A stretch of 64,000 nt of DNA from assembly GCA_050749465.1 (NCBI GenBank), contig JBOGRO010000015.1, forward strand, positions 42,341 to 106,340. Direction: 5' to 3'. Positions within the stretch are counted from its first letter, which is position 1, and every line of letters starts with the position of its first letter. Below, one piece after another: positions 36,854-46,194 of this stretch. The stretch is from Thermoplasmata archaeon. GTDB taxonomy: Archaea; Thermoplasmatota; Thermoplasmata; Lutacidiplasmatales; UBA184. Position numbers and translations under genes: made by a program. The notes beneath the pieces are model-generated. The model searched no databases. It was not told the DNA's origin and worked only from the letters and a program-made list of their open reading frames with translations.

Positions 36854-38009
36854 GGCGTCGGGCCTCCTTCGCGCGGTGGGGGGGCGGGCGGCGGGGCGCG
36901 GGGCGCGGCTTCGCGCGGGCCGGCGTGGCCGCGTGGGCGACGGTCTTCGTACCCAGGGGGACCGCGGGTTTCTTCACGGGCTTCGGCGCCGGCGGCGCGT
37001 GCAACTTCGCCCATCGGCGGGTGAGCGCGCGCTCGTAGAGGAGCTTCATGTACATCCCGTCGTGCTCGAGCAGCGGCGAGCTCGAGATGACGGTGACGTC
37101 GTAGTCTCGCTCCGCGAGGAGCTCGGCGAGCGGGTCGAACCGGACGAGTCCGCGCTTGATCGGCGTGAGCCGGAACTCGCCCGAGCCGTAGAACTCAACG
37201 CCGGAGAAATTGAGGTAGAGCGGACCGGCGGTCGCCGCGACGAACTCCTTCACGACCGGCGCGAGGTCGTCCGCCGCCTCGAAGGAGCGGCGCTCGCGCG
37301 CGGCGAGGTGCGGCACGTTGAGGACCGGGACGGTCCCCTTCACGCGGTGGACCAGATCGAGGACCTCCTCGCGCGAGCCGAAGACGTCGGGGTGCCCGCT
37401 CGGCTCGATTGCGAGCCGGACCGTCCCTCGCGAGTACTGCTTCAGCCAGTCCGCGAGGTCGCTGACGATGTTCGTCAGCTCCTGGATCGAGTCGGCGCGG
37501 TCGCCGCCGCCGTAGAAGCCGAGGTGGGTGACCGCGAGCCGGGCGCCGAGGCCCTGGGCGAGGACGCCGGCCCACTGGATCTGCCGTGTCGATTGCTCGC
37601 GCGCGTCGCTCGAGCCGAAGAAGTCGACGTAGTACGGCGCGTGGAGCGTGAGGTCGGTGTCGAGCGCGCGGGCGAGCGCCTTCGTCTGCTGGAGGTCGGC
37701 ATAGTCCTTCGCGAGGCTCCAAGTGAGGGTCGTGAGCGAGTCGCGCTTCTTGATCGGCGACGTCAGCTGCGCGACGGACGGTGTGCCGCCCTGGTGTTCC
37801 GCCGCGCCGACGCTCACGGGAAGTTGGAGGAGGAGCTCGCGCGGGATCTTCCCGACCTCCTCGTCGAACGCGAGGCGAGTGAGCGGGTTGACCTTGATGA
37901 ACTGGACCTCCATCGCCGTGAGGCCCAGGTGGTGCACGTCGGCGATCCCGTCCCGGAGCGTACGCCCTTTGCAGGAGAGTGGGATCCCCGCTGGTCCGAA
38001 CCGGATCAC
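36834..38009 (-). CDS. Xylose-isomerase-like TIM-barrel protein (AP endonuclease family 2 or sugar-phosphate isomerase-like) with a basic Lys/Pro/Ala-rich C-terminal tail.
   Basis: N-terminus MIRFGPAGIP. The C-terminal 60 aa are PAPKPVKKPAVP...AKPRPAPRR. 20-nt overlap with the SIS gene. Confidence 0.45.
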   Translation of the reverse strand: MIRFGPAGIPLSCKGRTLRDGIADVHHLGLTAMEVQFIKVNPLTRLAFDEEVGKIPRELLLQLPVSVGAAEHQGGTPSVAQLTSPIKKRDSLTTLTWSLAKDYADLQQTKALARALDTDLTLHAPYYVDFFGSSDAREQSTRQIQWAGVLAQGLGARLAVTHLGFYGGGDRADSIQELTNIVSDLADWLKQYSRGTVRLAIEPSGHPDVFGSREEVLDLVHRVKGTVPVLNVPHLAARERRSFEAADDLAPVVKEFVAATAGPLYLNFSGVEFYGSGEFRLTPIKRGLVRFDPLAELLAERDYDVTVISSSPLLEHDGMYMKLLYERALTRRWAKLHAPPAPKPVKKPAVPLGTKTVAHAATPARAKPRPAPRRPPPHRAKEARRRGARRR

Positions 38010-38055
38010 GAGTAGCCAGACCTCAAAAATGGCGGACCCGCGGGAAGATGTGAAC

Positions 38056-38709
38056 CTATATAGCGGGAGCCGGCGCGGCGGCCCCGGCGCGCCCGGGGCG
38101 GCGATCCCCCTCGGCGTCGGGGGCGAAGCCGAGGCCGATGAGGTATAACTCCGACGACGGCTCGCGCGACGCGGGCGGCTTCGTCCGGCGCACGCTTGCG
38201 AACGAGCGGGTGAGTTCCCGCTCGAGGTCGGGAACGAGATCGCCGTCGAAGACCTTCGCGGCGAACGCCCCTCCCGGCTTCAGGACCAAGCTCGCCAGCG
38301 CGAAGGCGTCTCGGACGAGGCCCACGCTACGAGCGTGGTCCGTCGCGTACGCCCCGCTGATCCGGGGGGACATGTCGGAGACCACGACGTCGAACTCGCC
38401 CCCGCCGAGGCGGGCCGGGAGGGCGGGGTCCCCGACCCGTCCGCGGACGACGCGCACGCCGTCGATCGGTTCGACCGGCCGTGGGTCGACCGCGACGACG
38501 ACCCCGCGCGGTCCGACGCGCTCGCGGGCGACGACCGACCACCCGCCCGGCGCCGCACCGAGGTCGAGGACCCGGCGCCCGGGCCGCAGGAGGCCGAACC
38601 GGTCGTCGAGGTACGCCAGCTTGAACGCCGCGCGGGAACGCAGCCCCTCCCGCCGCGCGGCCCGATAGTAGGGGTCGCGCCGCCGCTCGCTCACGAATCG
38701 GCGGGGCAT
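38056..38709 (-). CDS. rlmE: 23S rRNA (uridine-2'-O)-methyltransferase RlmE/FtsJ.
   Basis: Contains YYRAARREGLRSRAAFKLAYLDDRFGLL...VLDLGAAPGGWS. Confidence 0.85.
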   Translation of the reverse strand: MPRRFVSERRRDPYYRAARREGLRSRAAFKLAYLDDRFGLLRPGRRVLDLGAAPGGWSVVARERVGPRGVVVAVDPRPVEPIDGVRVVRGRVGDPALPARLGGGEFDVVVSDMSPRISGAYATDHARSVGLVRDAFALASLVLKPGGAFAAKVFDGDLVPDLERELTRSFASVRRTKPPASREPSSELYLIGLGFAPDAEGDRRPGRAGAAAPAPAI

Positions 38710-38759
38710 CGCCGCGGCGGAGCCGGAGCGCCTACATGAGCGGGGAGGGGCGCGGCGGA

Positions 38760-38834
38760 TGGGGCCGTCCGAATTTGAATCGGAGTCTCTTGCACCCCAA
38801 GCAAGAAGGATGGTCCAAGCTACCCCACGGCCCC
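38760..38834 (-). tRNA. tRNA-Pro (anticodon GGG).
   Basis: Minus-strand sequence: GGGGCCG-TG-GGGT-AGCTTGGACC-ATCC-T-TCTTGC-TTGGGGT-GCAAGA-GAC-TCCGA-TTCAAAT-TCGGA-CGGCCCC-A. The acceptor stem is a perfect 7 bp, the T-loop is the canonical TTCAAAT, the anticodon loop has U33 and GGG at positions 34-36, and the discriminator is A. No CCA is encoded. Confidence 0.8.
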
Positions 38835-38866
38835 ACGCCGCGCCGGTGGCGCGCCGACCCGGACCG

Positions 38867-38878
38867 CTTAGATAATGG
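38867..38878 (-). promoter_or_regulatory. TATA box (CCATTATCTAAG on the minus strand) about 35-45 nt upstream of the tRNA-Pro 5' end.
   Basis: An AT-rich element at promoter distance from the tRNA. Confidence 0.35.
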
Positions 38879-38902
38879 TTTCTTGGCGTGCGGAGGCGCC
38901 GC

Positions 38903-39088
38903 TCAGTGGTGGAGGTAGAGCCATGCGCCGACGCCGCCGACGGTGATGATCAGCATGCTCGCGACCGTGACCCAGAAGAACGTCCACATCTCCGAAACCC
39001 CCTCGGCCGGGGTGATCTCGGGGCTCGGCGTAGAGCTCCCGGGTGAGCTCCCGTATGGGCTGCGGTACGGTTCGCCCGAGCCGGACAC
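38903..39088 (-). CDS. Hypothetical 61-aa single-TM protein at the distal end of the oxidase cluster.
   Basis: A Ser/Pro-rich N-terminus followed by one TM helix (WTFFWVTVASMLIITVGGVGAWLYL). Confidence 0.4.
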   Translation of the reverse strand: MSGSGEPYRSPYGSSPGSSTPSPEITPAEGVSEMWTFFWVTVASMLIITVGGVGAWLYLHH

Positions 39089-39145
39089 GTGGACTCCGGT
39101 CGTTCGGAGTCCGGGGCGATTCTTAACGGCTCGGTTCGTGCGGTC

Positions 39146-39862
39146 CTACGCGGCGAACCACGGGAGTCGCGCGGCCGGACCCGTGGGCTTCAGCACCAGC
39201 AGATGCAGGTTCGCGCCCGCCTCGCCGGGGGCGTAGGAGTCGCGGAGCGCGAGCTGGTAGAGGAGGAAGAGCGCGTCCTCGTCCGAGTGCACGCCGAGCG
39301 AGCGCTGGACGTCGACCCCGAAGCGTCGGCCGAGAAGGCCCAATAGCTCCTCGAAGTCGATCTGCCCGGGCACCTGGGCAGCCTGCGCCCGCCGGAAGAG
39401 CCCGACGACGATCCCGGTCGCGAGGCGGAGGATCTCGGTCGGAGTGGTGACGCGGAGGTGGAAATGCGGGGGCGTCGGGTCGGCGCGCTCCCCGCTCGGG
39501 ACGACGAGCACCGCCACCTCGTTCTCGATCGCGGAGCTCCCGCTTCCCGATAGTCGGGCCCACGCCTCCTCGGCGGCGCGGTCGTTCGGCACGACGAAGA
39601 TCGCCCGACGCGGCGCAGCGGTCGCGGTCCGGACTCCGGCGACCCATCGGTCGACGCCTTCCGCTGCGCCGCCGGAAGGGGCAGCCGGGACGAAGACGGG
39701 GAATGTTCGTCGAGGAACGCCCGACTCCTGCACCCAGAACGCGGGCTCGCCCTCCGGCGCGCGCCGGAGCGGCGGCACCCGGGAGTATCCGAGCTTCTTG
39801 AGAACCGTCTCGGCGTCGCGCAAGCGGTCGGAAGTGCCTCCGACCGGGTCGGAGCTCGGCAT
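39146..39862 (-). CDS. Hypothetical protein (238 aa) between ctaB and the small TM protein.
   Basis: Normal amino-acid composition, so not a shadow ORF. No recognisable motifs. Confidence 0.5.
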   Translation of the reverse strand: MPSSDPVGGTSDRLRDAETVLKKLGYSRVPPLRRAPEGEPAFWVQESGVPRRTFPVFVPAAPSGGAAEGVDRWVAGVRTATAAPRRAIFVVPNDRAAEEAWARLSGSGSSAIENEVAVLVVPSGERADPTPPHFHLRVTTPTEILRLATGIVVGLFRRAQAAQVPGQIDFEELLGLLGRRFGVDVQRSLGVHSDEDALFLLYQLALRDSYAPGEAGANLHLLVLKPTGPAARLPWFAA

Positions 39863-39916
39863 CGGTCTCGATAGGACGGGCCGCCGAGATAAGCTCGACG
39901 GCCGGACCGCGCCGGC

Positions 39917-40846
39917 TCACAGGCTCGTCGGGAAGCCGATCCGCAGCAGGGGCGCGTTCACTACGATCGCGACCACGACCGCGAGGAGGTACGGTCCCGA
40001 GTAGATGAATCCGCGGCGCGCGACCTCGCGCGTGACCGTGCGCCAGAGCGGCACCGTCACGACGACGAAGATCGCGCCGAGGACGACGAGCGCGACCAGC
40101 ACCGGCCACGCCAGCGCCCCCGTGAATCCGATGAGGACCGCCGCGGGGACGAGTAGCGCGGCCGAGACGACGACGACCTTTCCGGAGAAGGCGACGTCGT
40201 CCATCCGCGGGAGCATCGGGAGGCCCGCGCGTGCGTAGTCGTCCTTGAGGAGGAGCGCGAGGCTCCAGAAGTGGGGCGGCGTCCAGAGGAAGACGAGGAT
40301 CGCGAAGGCGATGACGCCGGTCGTCCAGTCGCCGACCGCCGCCGCGCTCCCCGCGAGGGCGGGGGCGCTCCCCGCGAACCCGCCGATGACGATGTTCCAG
40401 CTCGACCTCCGCTTCAGCCACGCGGTGTAGACGACCACGTAGGTGAGCCCGCCGAGGAAGATCGAGAAGCCGGTGAGCGGGTTGAGGGCCCAGCTTGCGA
40501 ATCCGATCCCCGTGGCCAAGAGACCGAGTCCGAGAGCGGCGACGACACCGCTCGGCGCGATCCGCTCGTCGGCGAGCGGCCGCTGCCGAGTCCGGCGCAT
40601 CTGTCGATCGAGGTCCCGGTCGAGGTAGTGGTTCAGCATCGCGGCGCCCGCGGAGCCGGCCGCGCCGCACAGGACGAGGACGGCGAGGCGCGCCAGGTCG
40701 ATCGAGCGAGGGCTCGCGAGGAGGAAACCGCCGACCGCCACGGTGCAGATCAGTGCGGTGATCCCCGGTTTCGCGAGCTGGACGAAATCCCCCACGGTCG
40801 CCCGGGGCGGCGCAGCCGGTGGGGGTGGCGGAGAAGCTTCGGCCAT
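39917..40846 (-). CDS. ctaB: Protoheme IX farnesyltransferase (heme O synthase).
   Basis: UbiA-family motifs: NHYLDRDLD...RQMRRTRQRP. 9 TM helices. Confidence 0.9.
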   Translation of the reverse strand: MAEASPPPPPAAPPRATVGDFVQLAKPGITALICTVAVGGFLLASPRSIDLARLAVLVLCGAAGSAGAAMLNHYLDRDLDRQMRRTRQRPLADERIAPSGVVAALGLGLLATGIGFASWALNPLTGFSIFLGGLTYVVVYTAWLKRRSSWNIVIGGFAGSAPALAGSAAAVGDWTTGVIAFAILVFLWTPPHFWSLALLLKDDYARAGLPMLPRMDDVAFSGKVVVVSAALLVPAAVLIGFTGALAWPVLVALVVLGAIFVVVTVPLWRTVTREVARRGFIYSGPYLLAVVVAIVVNAPLLRIGFPTSL

Positions 40847-40876
40847 TCGGAGGGCTCGCCGAGGCCGGGGGGCGGC

Positions 40877-41467
40877 TTAGCCTTCCCGGGGCGACGTCCC
40901 CGGGGTCGGATGGTCCGCGGGGGTCCGGGGGGCGGGGCTTCTCGCGGGAGCCCCCAACCGAGTCCGCCCCGGGGTGACGTCCTCCCGGGCGGCCTGCCGC
41001 GCCCAGTCGACCCACCGACGCGGGATGTCGCGCAGGTTCGAGAGCAAGGCGACGACGAGCAGGATGCCGAAGAGTGCCGTCGCGATCGCGAGGTGCAGGA
41101 GGACGATCCCGGCGAGGAGCGACGTCTCGATGACGACCCCGCCGAGGAGCGCCTCTCCGACGACGAGGGCGAGCGCCGCGGCCGAGAGGCGGAGGAGGGC
41201 GCGACGCCCTCGCTCGTAGGCGACGCCGAGCAGGGTGAGGAGGAGGACGCCGACCGACAGGAAAAACGCCGAGACACGGTGGCTCCATTCGACCGCCGCG
41301 CCGCCGGTGACCGCCGGCAGCAGGTTGCCGTTGCCGAAGCACGTCGGCCAATCCGGGCAGGCGAGCCCGTTGTCGGTCGTGATCACGTTCCCGCCGAGGA
41401 TGATCGTGAGGTAGCAGAGCACGCAGGCGACGACCGCGGCGTAGCGAAAGAGGTCGTGCCCGCGCAC
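40877..41467 (-). CDS. ctaA: Short (single-module, 4-5 TM) heme A synthase-like protein.
   Basis: CPDWPTCFG Cys pair in the first extracytoplasmic loop. 196 aa, about half the length of bacterial CtaA. Confidence 0.65.
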   Translation of the reverse strand: MRGHDLFRYAAVVACVLCYLTIILGGNVITTDNGLACPDWPTCFGNGNLLPAVTGGAAVEWSHRVSAFFLSVGVLLLTLLGVAYERGRRALLRLSAAALALVVGEALLGGVVIETSLLAGIVLLHLAIATALFGILLVVALLSNLRDIPRRWVDWARQAAREDVTPGRTRLGAPARSPAPRTPADHPTPGTSPREG

Positions 41468-41474
41468 GGTGCCT

Positions 41475-43187
41475 CTAGGGGGTCTCGGTCGCGACCGGGC
41501 TCGGGGCGGCGCTCGGCACGGGGTTCGGCGAGGGGGCGTGCGACGGGAGGGGGTGCGCGACCGGGCCGCTCATGCGGACCGCGAGCTCCTCCCCCCACGG
41601 GTCCTTGCTCGTCACGGGGTCGCCGGCGTAGTAGCTGTAGATCATGTTGAACAAGAAAATGAGCTGACCTATCCCGAGTATGTACGCACCGAGCGTCGCG
41701 AGGAAGTTGAGCGCCTGGAAGTTCCCGTTCCAGAGGTACGTGTAGACCCGCCGCGGCATCCCCTCCGCGCCGAGGATGAACATCGGGAAGAGGAGCAGGT
41801 TCACGCCGACGTACGTGAGCAGGAAGTGGAGCTGCCCGAGACGCTGGCTGTACCAGCGGTGGGTCAGGATCGGGAAGTAGAAGTAGATCCCCGCGAAGAT
41901 CGCCATCAACGTCCCGCCGAGCAAGATGTAGTGGAAGTGAGCGACCACGAAGTACGTCCCGTGGTAGAGGTAGTCGATCGGGATCGATGCGAGGAAGAGC
42001 CCCGAGAGACCGCCGATGACGAATCCGGTGATGAACGCGAGGCAGAACCACATCGGCACCGCCATCCAGATGCGGCCACCCCAGAGCGTCGCGACCCAGT
42101 TGAAGACCTTCACCGCCGACGGGACCGCGACCGCGAACGTCGCGAGCATGAAGACGAACCGGACGTTCGTCGCGATCCCGGTGACGAACATGTGGTGCTC
42201 CCAGACGGCGAAGGAGAGCACCGCGAACGCGCCGAGCGCGATCGCCATCGCGCCGTAGCCGAAGATGTCCTTCCGCGCTAACTTCGGTAAGACCGTCGAG
42301 ATGATCCCGAACGCCGGCAGGACCATGATGTAGACCTCGGGGTGCGCGAAGAACCAGAACAGGTTCTGGTACAGCAAGGCCCCGCCGAGCGGCGTCCCGT
42401 TGACCGCGGCGAGGATGTGTGTCCCGAAGTTACGGTCCGAGAGGACGAAGGTGAGCGCGATCGACAGCGACGGCAGCGCGAAGATCAGGAGGACCGAGTT
42501 GATGAGCGTCGCCCAGACGAAGAGCGGCATGTTCCAGTAATGGACGCCCGGTGCTCGGTGCTTCAAGATCGTGACGACGAAGTTGATCGCGCCGAGCATC
42601 GATGAGATCGTGAGGATGTGCAACCCGAGGATCCAGAGGTCGACGCCGTACGGGTTCGGGCCGAACGACTCGAGCGTCAGAGGGACGTAGCCCGTCCAGC
42701 CGGCGTACGCGTTCGAGAGGATCAGGATCACGCCGGCGGGCGGGATCATCCAGAACGCGATCGCGTTGATCCGCGGGAGCGCCATCTCCTTCGAGCCGAT
42801 CATCGACGGCACGAGGTAGTTCCCGAACCCGGCGAGGGTCGGGATGATGAACATGAAGATCATCAGCACCCCGTGCATCGTGAACAGGGTCGAGTAGACG
42901 TCCGGCGTGATCCCGAGGGTCGACTGGGGGTCGAGGCCGAGCCCCTGGACGAACCCGAGGTCGGTGCGGATCAGCGTCGCGTAGATCCCGCCGATGAAGA
43001 AGAACAGGATCCCGATGGCGATGTACATGAGGCCGATGCGCTGGTGGTCGGTCGTGAAGAGCCACTTCTTGATCGCCGCGACGAGCCACGCCCCGTGGTA
43101 GTGGAACATCCAAACGAGGAATCCGGCGAACCCGGCGACCAGGACGATGATCGTCAGCGGCTCCAGGAGCGGGCCGAGGCCGGTCAC
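41475..43187 (-). CDS. coxA: Heme-copper oxidase subunit I.
   Basis: 570 aa. [23 protein letters not shown] and the His ligands are present (HPEVYI, HHMF). Confidence 0.95.
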   Translation of the reverse strand: MTGLGPLLEPLTIIVLVAGFAGFLVWMFHYHGAWLVAAIKKWLFTTDHQRIGLMYIAIGILFFFIGGIYATLIRTDLGFVQGLGLDPQSTLGITPDVYSTLFTMHGVLMIFMFIIPTLAGFGNYLVPSMIGSKEMALPRINAIAFWMIPPAGVILILSNAYAGWTGYVPLTLESFGPNPYGVDLWILGLHILTISSMLGAINFVVTILKHRAPGVHYWNMPLFVWATLINSVLLIFALPSLSIALTFVLSDRNFGTHILAAVNGTPLGGALLYQNLFWFFAHPEVYIMVLPAFGIISTVLPKLARKDIFGYGAMAIALGAFAVLSFAVWEHHMFVTGIATNVRFVFMLATFAVAVPSAVKVFNWVATLWGGRIWMAVPMWFCLAFITGFVIGGLSGLFLASIPIDYLYHGTYFVVAHFHYILLGGTLMAIFAGIYFYFPILTHRWYSQRLGQLHFLLTYVGVNLLLFPMFILGAEGMPRRVYTYLWNGNFQALNFLATLGAYILGIGQLIFLFNMIYSYYAGDPVTSKDPWGEELAVRMSGPVAHPLPSHAPSPNPVPSAAPSPVATETP

Positions 43188-43534
43188 GCGAGCAGCCCCC
43201 CGATGACGTAGGCGATCCCGGCGGCCGCGAGCACGACGATGAGGACCGCGAGAAAGCGGGCCTGCGCTCGCGGCGTCACCGGCCCGGGGACGGGCGGAGT
43301 GATGCGCCGACCGAGCGGCCAGACCCGGTAGGTCCGGTCGACGAGGTGGATGATCATCGCCGACATGAGGAACATCAGCGCGAGTGCGATCCCGAACGAC
43401 TCCTGGGCGCCGGGGCTCGTGAGCGGGCCGAGCCGGATCGAGTAGACCAGGAGGACCGCGATGCCGATCAGCATGAGGTAGGTGACCGCGTCGTAGAGGT
43501 CGAGGACCTTCCGACGCAGCCGACGGGACTCCAC
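43184..43534 (-). CDS. Small hydrophobic oxidase-cluster protein (about 117 aa, 3 TM).
   Basis: Internal GTG start of ORF 43184..43759. The upstream part of that ORF is Ser/Arg-rich and overlaps the preceding gene. Confidence 0.45.
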   Translation of the reverse strand: MESRRLRRKVLDLYDAVTYLMLIGIAVLLVYSIRLGPLTSPGAQESFGIALALMFLMSAMIIHLVDRTYRVWPLGRRITPPVPGPVTPRAQARFLAVLIVVLAAAGIAYVIGGLLA

Positions 43535-43550
43535 GCGGGCGGGGTCGTCG

Positions 43551-43814
43551 CTATTCAAAGAGCTCCACCCTCCGTCCGGTGGTGCCCCGGTACCGGTCGA
43601 CCCGGTAGAGGATCCCGGCCATGAACAGGAACGCGAGCGTCGCGAGCGTTCCCCCGATGACGACCGCGAGGAGGTCGTAGAGATCGCCGGCCGCAATGCC
43701 CAGCACGCCGTAGACGACCGTCGCCGAGCCGACCGTTCCGAGCACGAGGAAGACCGCAAGGATCCCCCAGAGGGTCCCGGTCTTCCAGCTCGGCGTCTCG
43801 GCCGCGCTAGTCAA
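43551..43814 (-). CDS. Small hydrophobic oxidase-cluster protein (87 aa, 2 TM).
   Basis: 8-nt overlap with the end of cytochrome b. Hydrophobic throughout. Confidence 0.5.
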   Translation of the reverse strand: MTSAAETPSWKTGTLWGILAVFLVLGTVGSATVVYGVLGIAAGDLYDLLAVVIGGTLATLAFLFMAGILYRVDRYRGTTGRRVELFE

Positions 43815-45153
43815 CGGAACTCGCCTCCGTAGCCGTCACGGACGCGGGGATTCCCGCCGGGGTCGGGTACGCGCCGACGAACGACGCGTCGCGGGTCGCG
43901 AGGCGCCGCAGATAGCTGCGGCGGTATCGCCCGTAGAAGAGCGCGGTGACGACCCCGTTGACGGCGAAGATCGGACCGATCGTGGTCGCGATCGTCATCG
44001 TGGGGATCGCGACGCCCGGCGTCTCCCCGCCCCAGACCGTCATGAGGATGAAGAACCCGAGCAGGCTCGTCGCGAGCCAGATGAACAGGGGTCGGTCCCG
44101 CGGGTGGGCCCGCTTCGACCGGTCGAGGAACGGCAGGAAGAGGACGTACACGATCAGCACGGTCGTGACGCCGATCGCGAGCACCGGCGTGACCCCCGCG
44201 AAGTCGAGGAATTTGAACAACCAGAGGAAGTACCAATCCGGTTCGGTCACGACGCCGGCGGCAGCGAGGTTGCCGGCGTACGTCTGAAGGGTCCACGGCC
44301 ACAGGGCCGCGATCCCGAAGAGGACCCCCACGTAGAGGAGGCCCCACTTCAACGTGTACCACAGGATGTGCGGGACGAACGGGACGCTCTGCTTGTCCTC
44401 CTTCTCGGTGTAGCGCCGACGCTGGAGCGGGTCGGAGGTCGCCGGCGGCGCGATCCCGTGGGACTCGAAGAGCGCGATGTGGGCGTAGAGGAGCCCGCCG
44501 AGGGCGAGCGGTAACAGCACGACGTGGGCGTCGAACATGCGGGACAAGAGTCCCTGCGACGTCCCGTCCGCCAGGATGAACGGGCCGAGCAACGGGCCGA
44601 CGGTCGGAAGCCGGAGCGCGAGGACGAGGCCCACGTTCGTCGCGTTGAGGGAGATCTGCGTGTAGGGCAGCAGGTACCCCGTGAACCCCATCCCGAGGGT
44701 CGTGACCATCAGGAGGGTCCCGACCATCCAGGAGAACTCGCGCGGGGCCTTGTAGACGCCGAGGTAGTACCCCCGGAAGAAGTGGACGAACATCAGGAAG
44801 ATCATCGCGTAGGCGCCGTAGAGGTGGCTCGAGAGGAGGAGCTGGCCCATCGGCACGGAGTGGATGATGTAGTACGTCGAGCACCACGCCGCGGGGGCGA
44901 CCGATTGGGCCCCGATCGCCTGGCCGCACGCGGTGAGCGTCGTGCTCGTGCTCGGCTGGTAGTAGAGCAGGAGCAGCATCCCCGAGAGGACCTGATAGAA
45001 GAAGGCGATCGCAACGAACGCCCCGGTCCAGTACGACGGCTTGAACGTGAACGCGGGCTGGGGGCGCAACGCCCACTTCCGCATCGCCGTGCGGTCCTCG
45101 ACGAACCCCCAGATCTGGTTGAGGGTCCGGTTGTACCAGCTCGAGAACGACAC
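43807..45153 (-). CDS. Cytochrome b of a bc-type complex (b6 and subunit IV fused).
   Basis: 448 aa. The heme-ligating His pairs sit in TM helices B and D: HSVPMG...SSHLYGAYAMIFLMFVHFFRGYY, then HVVLLPLA...AHIALF. Confidence 0.9.
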   Translation of the reverse strand: MSFSSWYNRTLNQIWGFVEDRTAMRKWALRPQPAFTFKPSYWTGAFVAIAFFYQVLSGMLLLLYYQPSTSTTLTACGQAIGAQSVAPAAWCSTYYIIHSVPMGQLLLSSHLYGAYAMIFLMFVHFFRGYYLGVYKAPREFSWMVGTLLMVTTLGMGFTGYLLPYTQISLNATNVGLVLALRLPTVGPLLGPFILADGTSQGLLSRMFDAHVVLLPLALGGLLYAHIALFESHGIAPPATSDPLQRRRYTEKEDKQSVPFVPHILWYTLKWGLLYVGVLFGIAALWPWTLQTYAGNLAAAGVVTEPDWYFLWLFKFLDFAGVTPVLAIGVTTVLIVYVLFLPFLDRSKRAHPRDRPLFIWLATSLLGFFILMTVWGGETPGVAIPTMTIATTIGPIFAVNGVVTALFYGRYRRSYLRRLATRDASFVGAYPTPAGIPASVTATEASSVD

Positions 45154-45163
45154 CGGGTCCTTC

Positions 45164-46009
45164 CTACGACTTGAGGCCGAAGCTGCAGAGGATGACCGGC
45201 GTCTCCTTCGCGATCGCGCTCGTCGTCCCGACCGAGTAGTCCCCCTGCAGCGTGTTCAGGTGACCGTTGACGGGAGGAGGACCCGAGCCGACCGCGAAGA
45301 TGTTGCCGCTCGCGTCCGCGGTCAGCTCCAATTGGGGGAGCGGGAGGACCGCGGGTCCGGTGAGGTTCGCGGCGGAGTTCGTCACGTCGTAGGTGGAGCC
45401 GTGGCAGGAGCAGTGGATGTAGAACGCGCCGCTCGGGTTCGTATGGGACGGGAACGTCTGCGGGCATGTCGCCGGCGGGTAGTACGCGATCGCGGGGGCG
45501 GGGCAGCCGAGGTGCTGGCAGATCGCGCTGTAGGCGACGATCGAACCGTTGGTCCCGATGCCACCGGGGACCTTCCAGGCGCCGAGGTTGGTCGGGCTCG
45601 GCTCCTCGCCGTTCGCCGGGGCCAAATTGAGCAAGAAGTTCGGTTCGTTGCGCAGCGGGTAGTTGAAGATGTACAGGTTGGGCTCCGTGACGTTGTACTC
45701 CGCCTCGACCTTCGCGACCGTGAGCGCGGAGCCGTCCACGTCGAGCAGCTGGGTCCGCGGGTAACTCGAGATGCCTACGACCGGGGGTTGGACGAACTGG
45801 AGCGAACCCCCGACGAGACCGCCGCCGCCGGCGCCAACGAGCCCCGCGACCGCGAGGAGCTTGAGGACGTTCCGCTTCGTCTCGTCGACATCGTCCTCGC
45901 TTCGGGACGCGGCGACCTGTCGCAGTTGCCCGACGGGGAAGTCGAGCGCGGGGCTGCGGGCCGCGACGAACGGACAGGAGTCGGGGCATTCGATAGGGTC
46001 GAGCATCAC
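45164..46009 (-). CDS. Rieske [2Fe-2S] iron-sulfur protein.
   Basis: Contains CQHLGC...CSCHGS (the two Rieske boxes) and a Tat-like N-terminal region. A Tat system is encoded immediately upstream. Confidence 0.9.
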   Translation of the reverse strand: MMLDPIECPDSCPFVAARSPALDFPVGQLRQVAASRSEDDVDETKRNVLKLLAVAGLVGAGGGGLVGGSLQFVQPPVVGISSYPRTQLLDVDGSALTVAKVEAEYNVTEPNLYIFNYPLRNEPNFLLNLAPANGEEPSPTNLGAWKVPGGIGTNGSIVAYSAICQHLGCPAPAIAYYPPATCPQTFPSHTNPSGAFYIHCSCHGSTYDVTNSAANLTGPAVLPLPQLELTADASGNIFAVGSGPPPVNGHLNTLQGDYSVGTTSAIAKETPVILCSFGLKS

Positions 46010-46194
46010 TCGAGCGTCCTCCCCCGGGTGTCGGGCTTCGCGTCATCGACCTCATTCGGGTCGGGGATCGTCGCCGCCCCGGGGAGTTCGGCCCGGCCGC
46101 TCCCGTAGTAGACCGCCCAGGTGATGCCGATCCCCATCAGGATCACGAGGATCTCGGTCATCGTGACGATCTGCTGGGGGTCGAGCGCGCTCAT
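46006..46194 (-). CDS. Small single-TM protein (62 aa) translationally coupled to the Rieske gene.
   Basis: MSALDPQQIVTMTEILVILMGIGITWAVYYG. It is the internal ATG of ORF 46006..46485. Confidence 0.4.
   Translation of the reverse strand: MSALDPQQIVTMTEILVILMGIGITWAVYYGSGRAELPGAATIPDPNEVDDAKPDTRGRTLE

Noticed and set aside
38736-38918. Plus-strand 60-aa ORF (MSGEGRGGWGRPNLNRSLLHPKQ...).
   Set aside because: It lies directly over the minus-strand tRNA-Pro and its promoter, so it is spurious.
43184-43759. Full-length 191-aa ORF (MRSSSCSERSARRRSS...).
   Set aside because: The N-terminal 75 residues are Ser/Arg-rich and overlap the upstream 87-aa gene. Only the C-terminal hydrophobic part from the internal GTG at 43534 is called.
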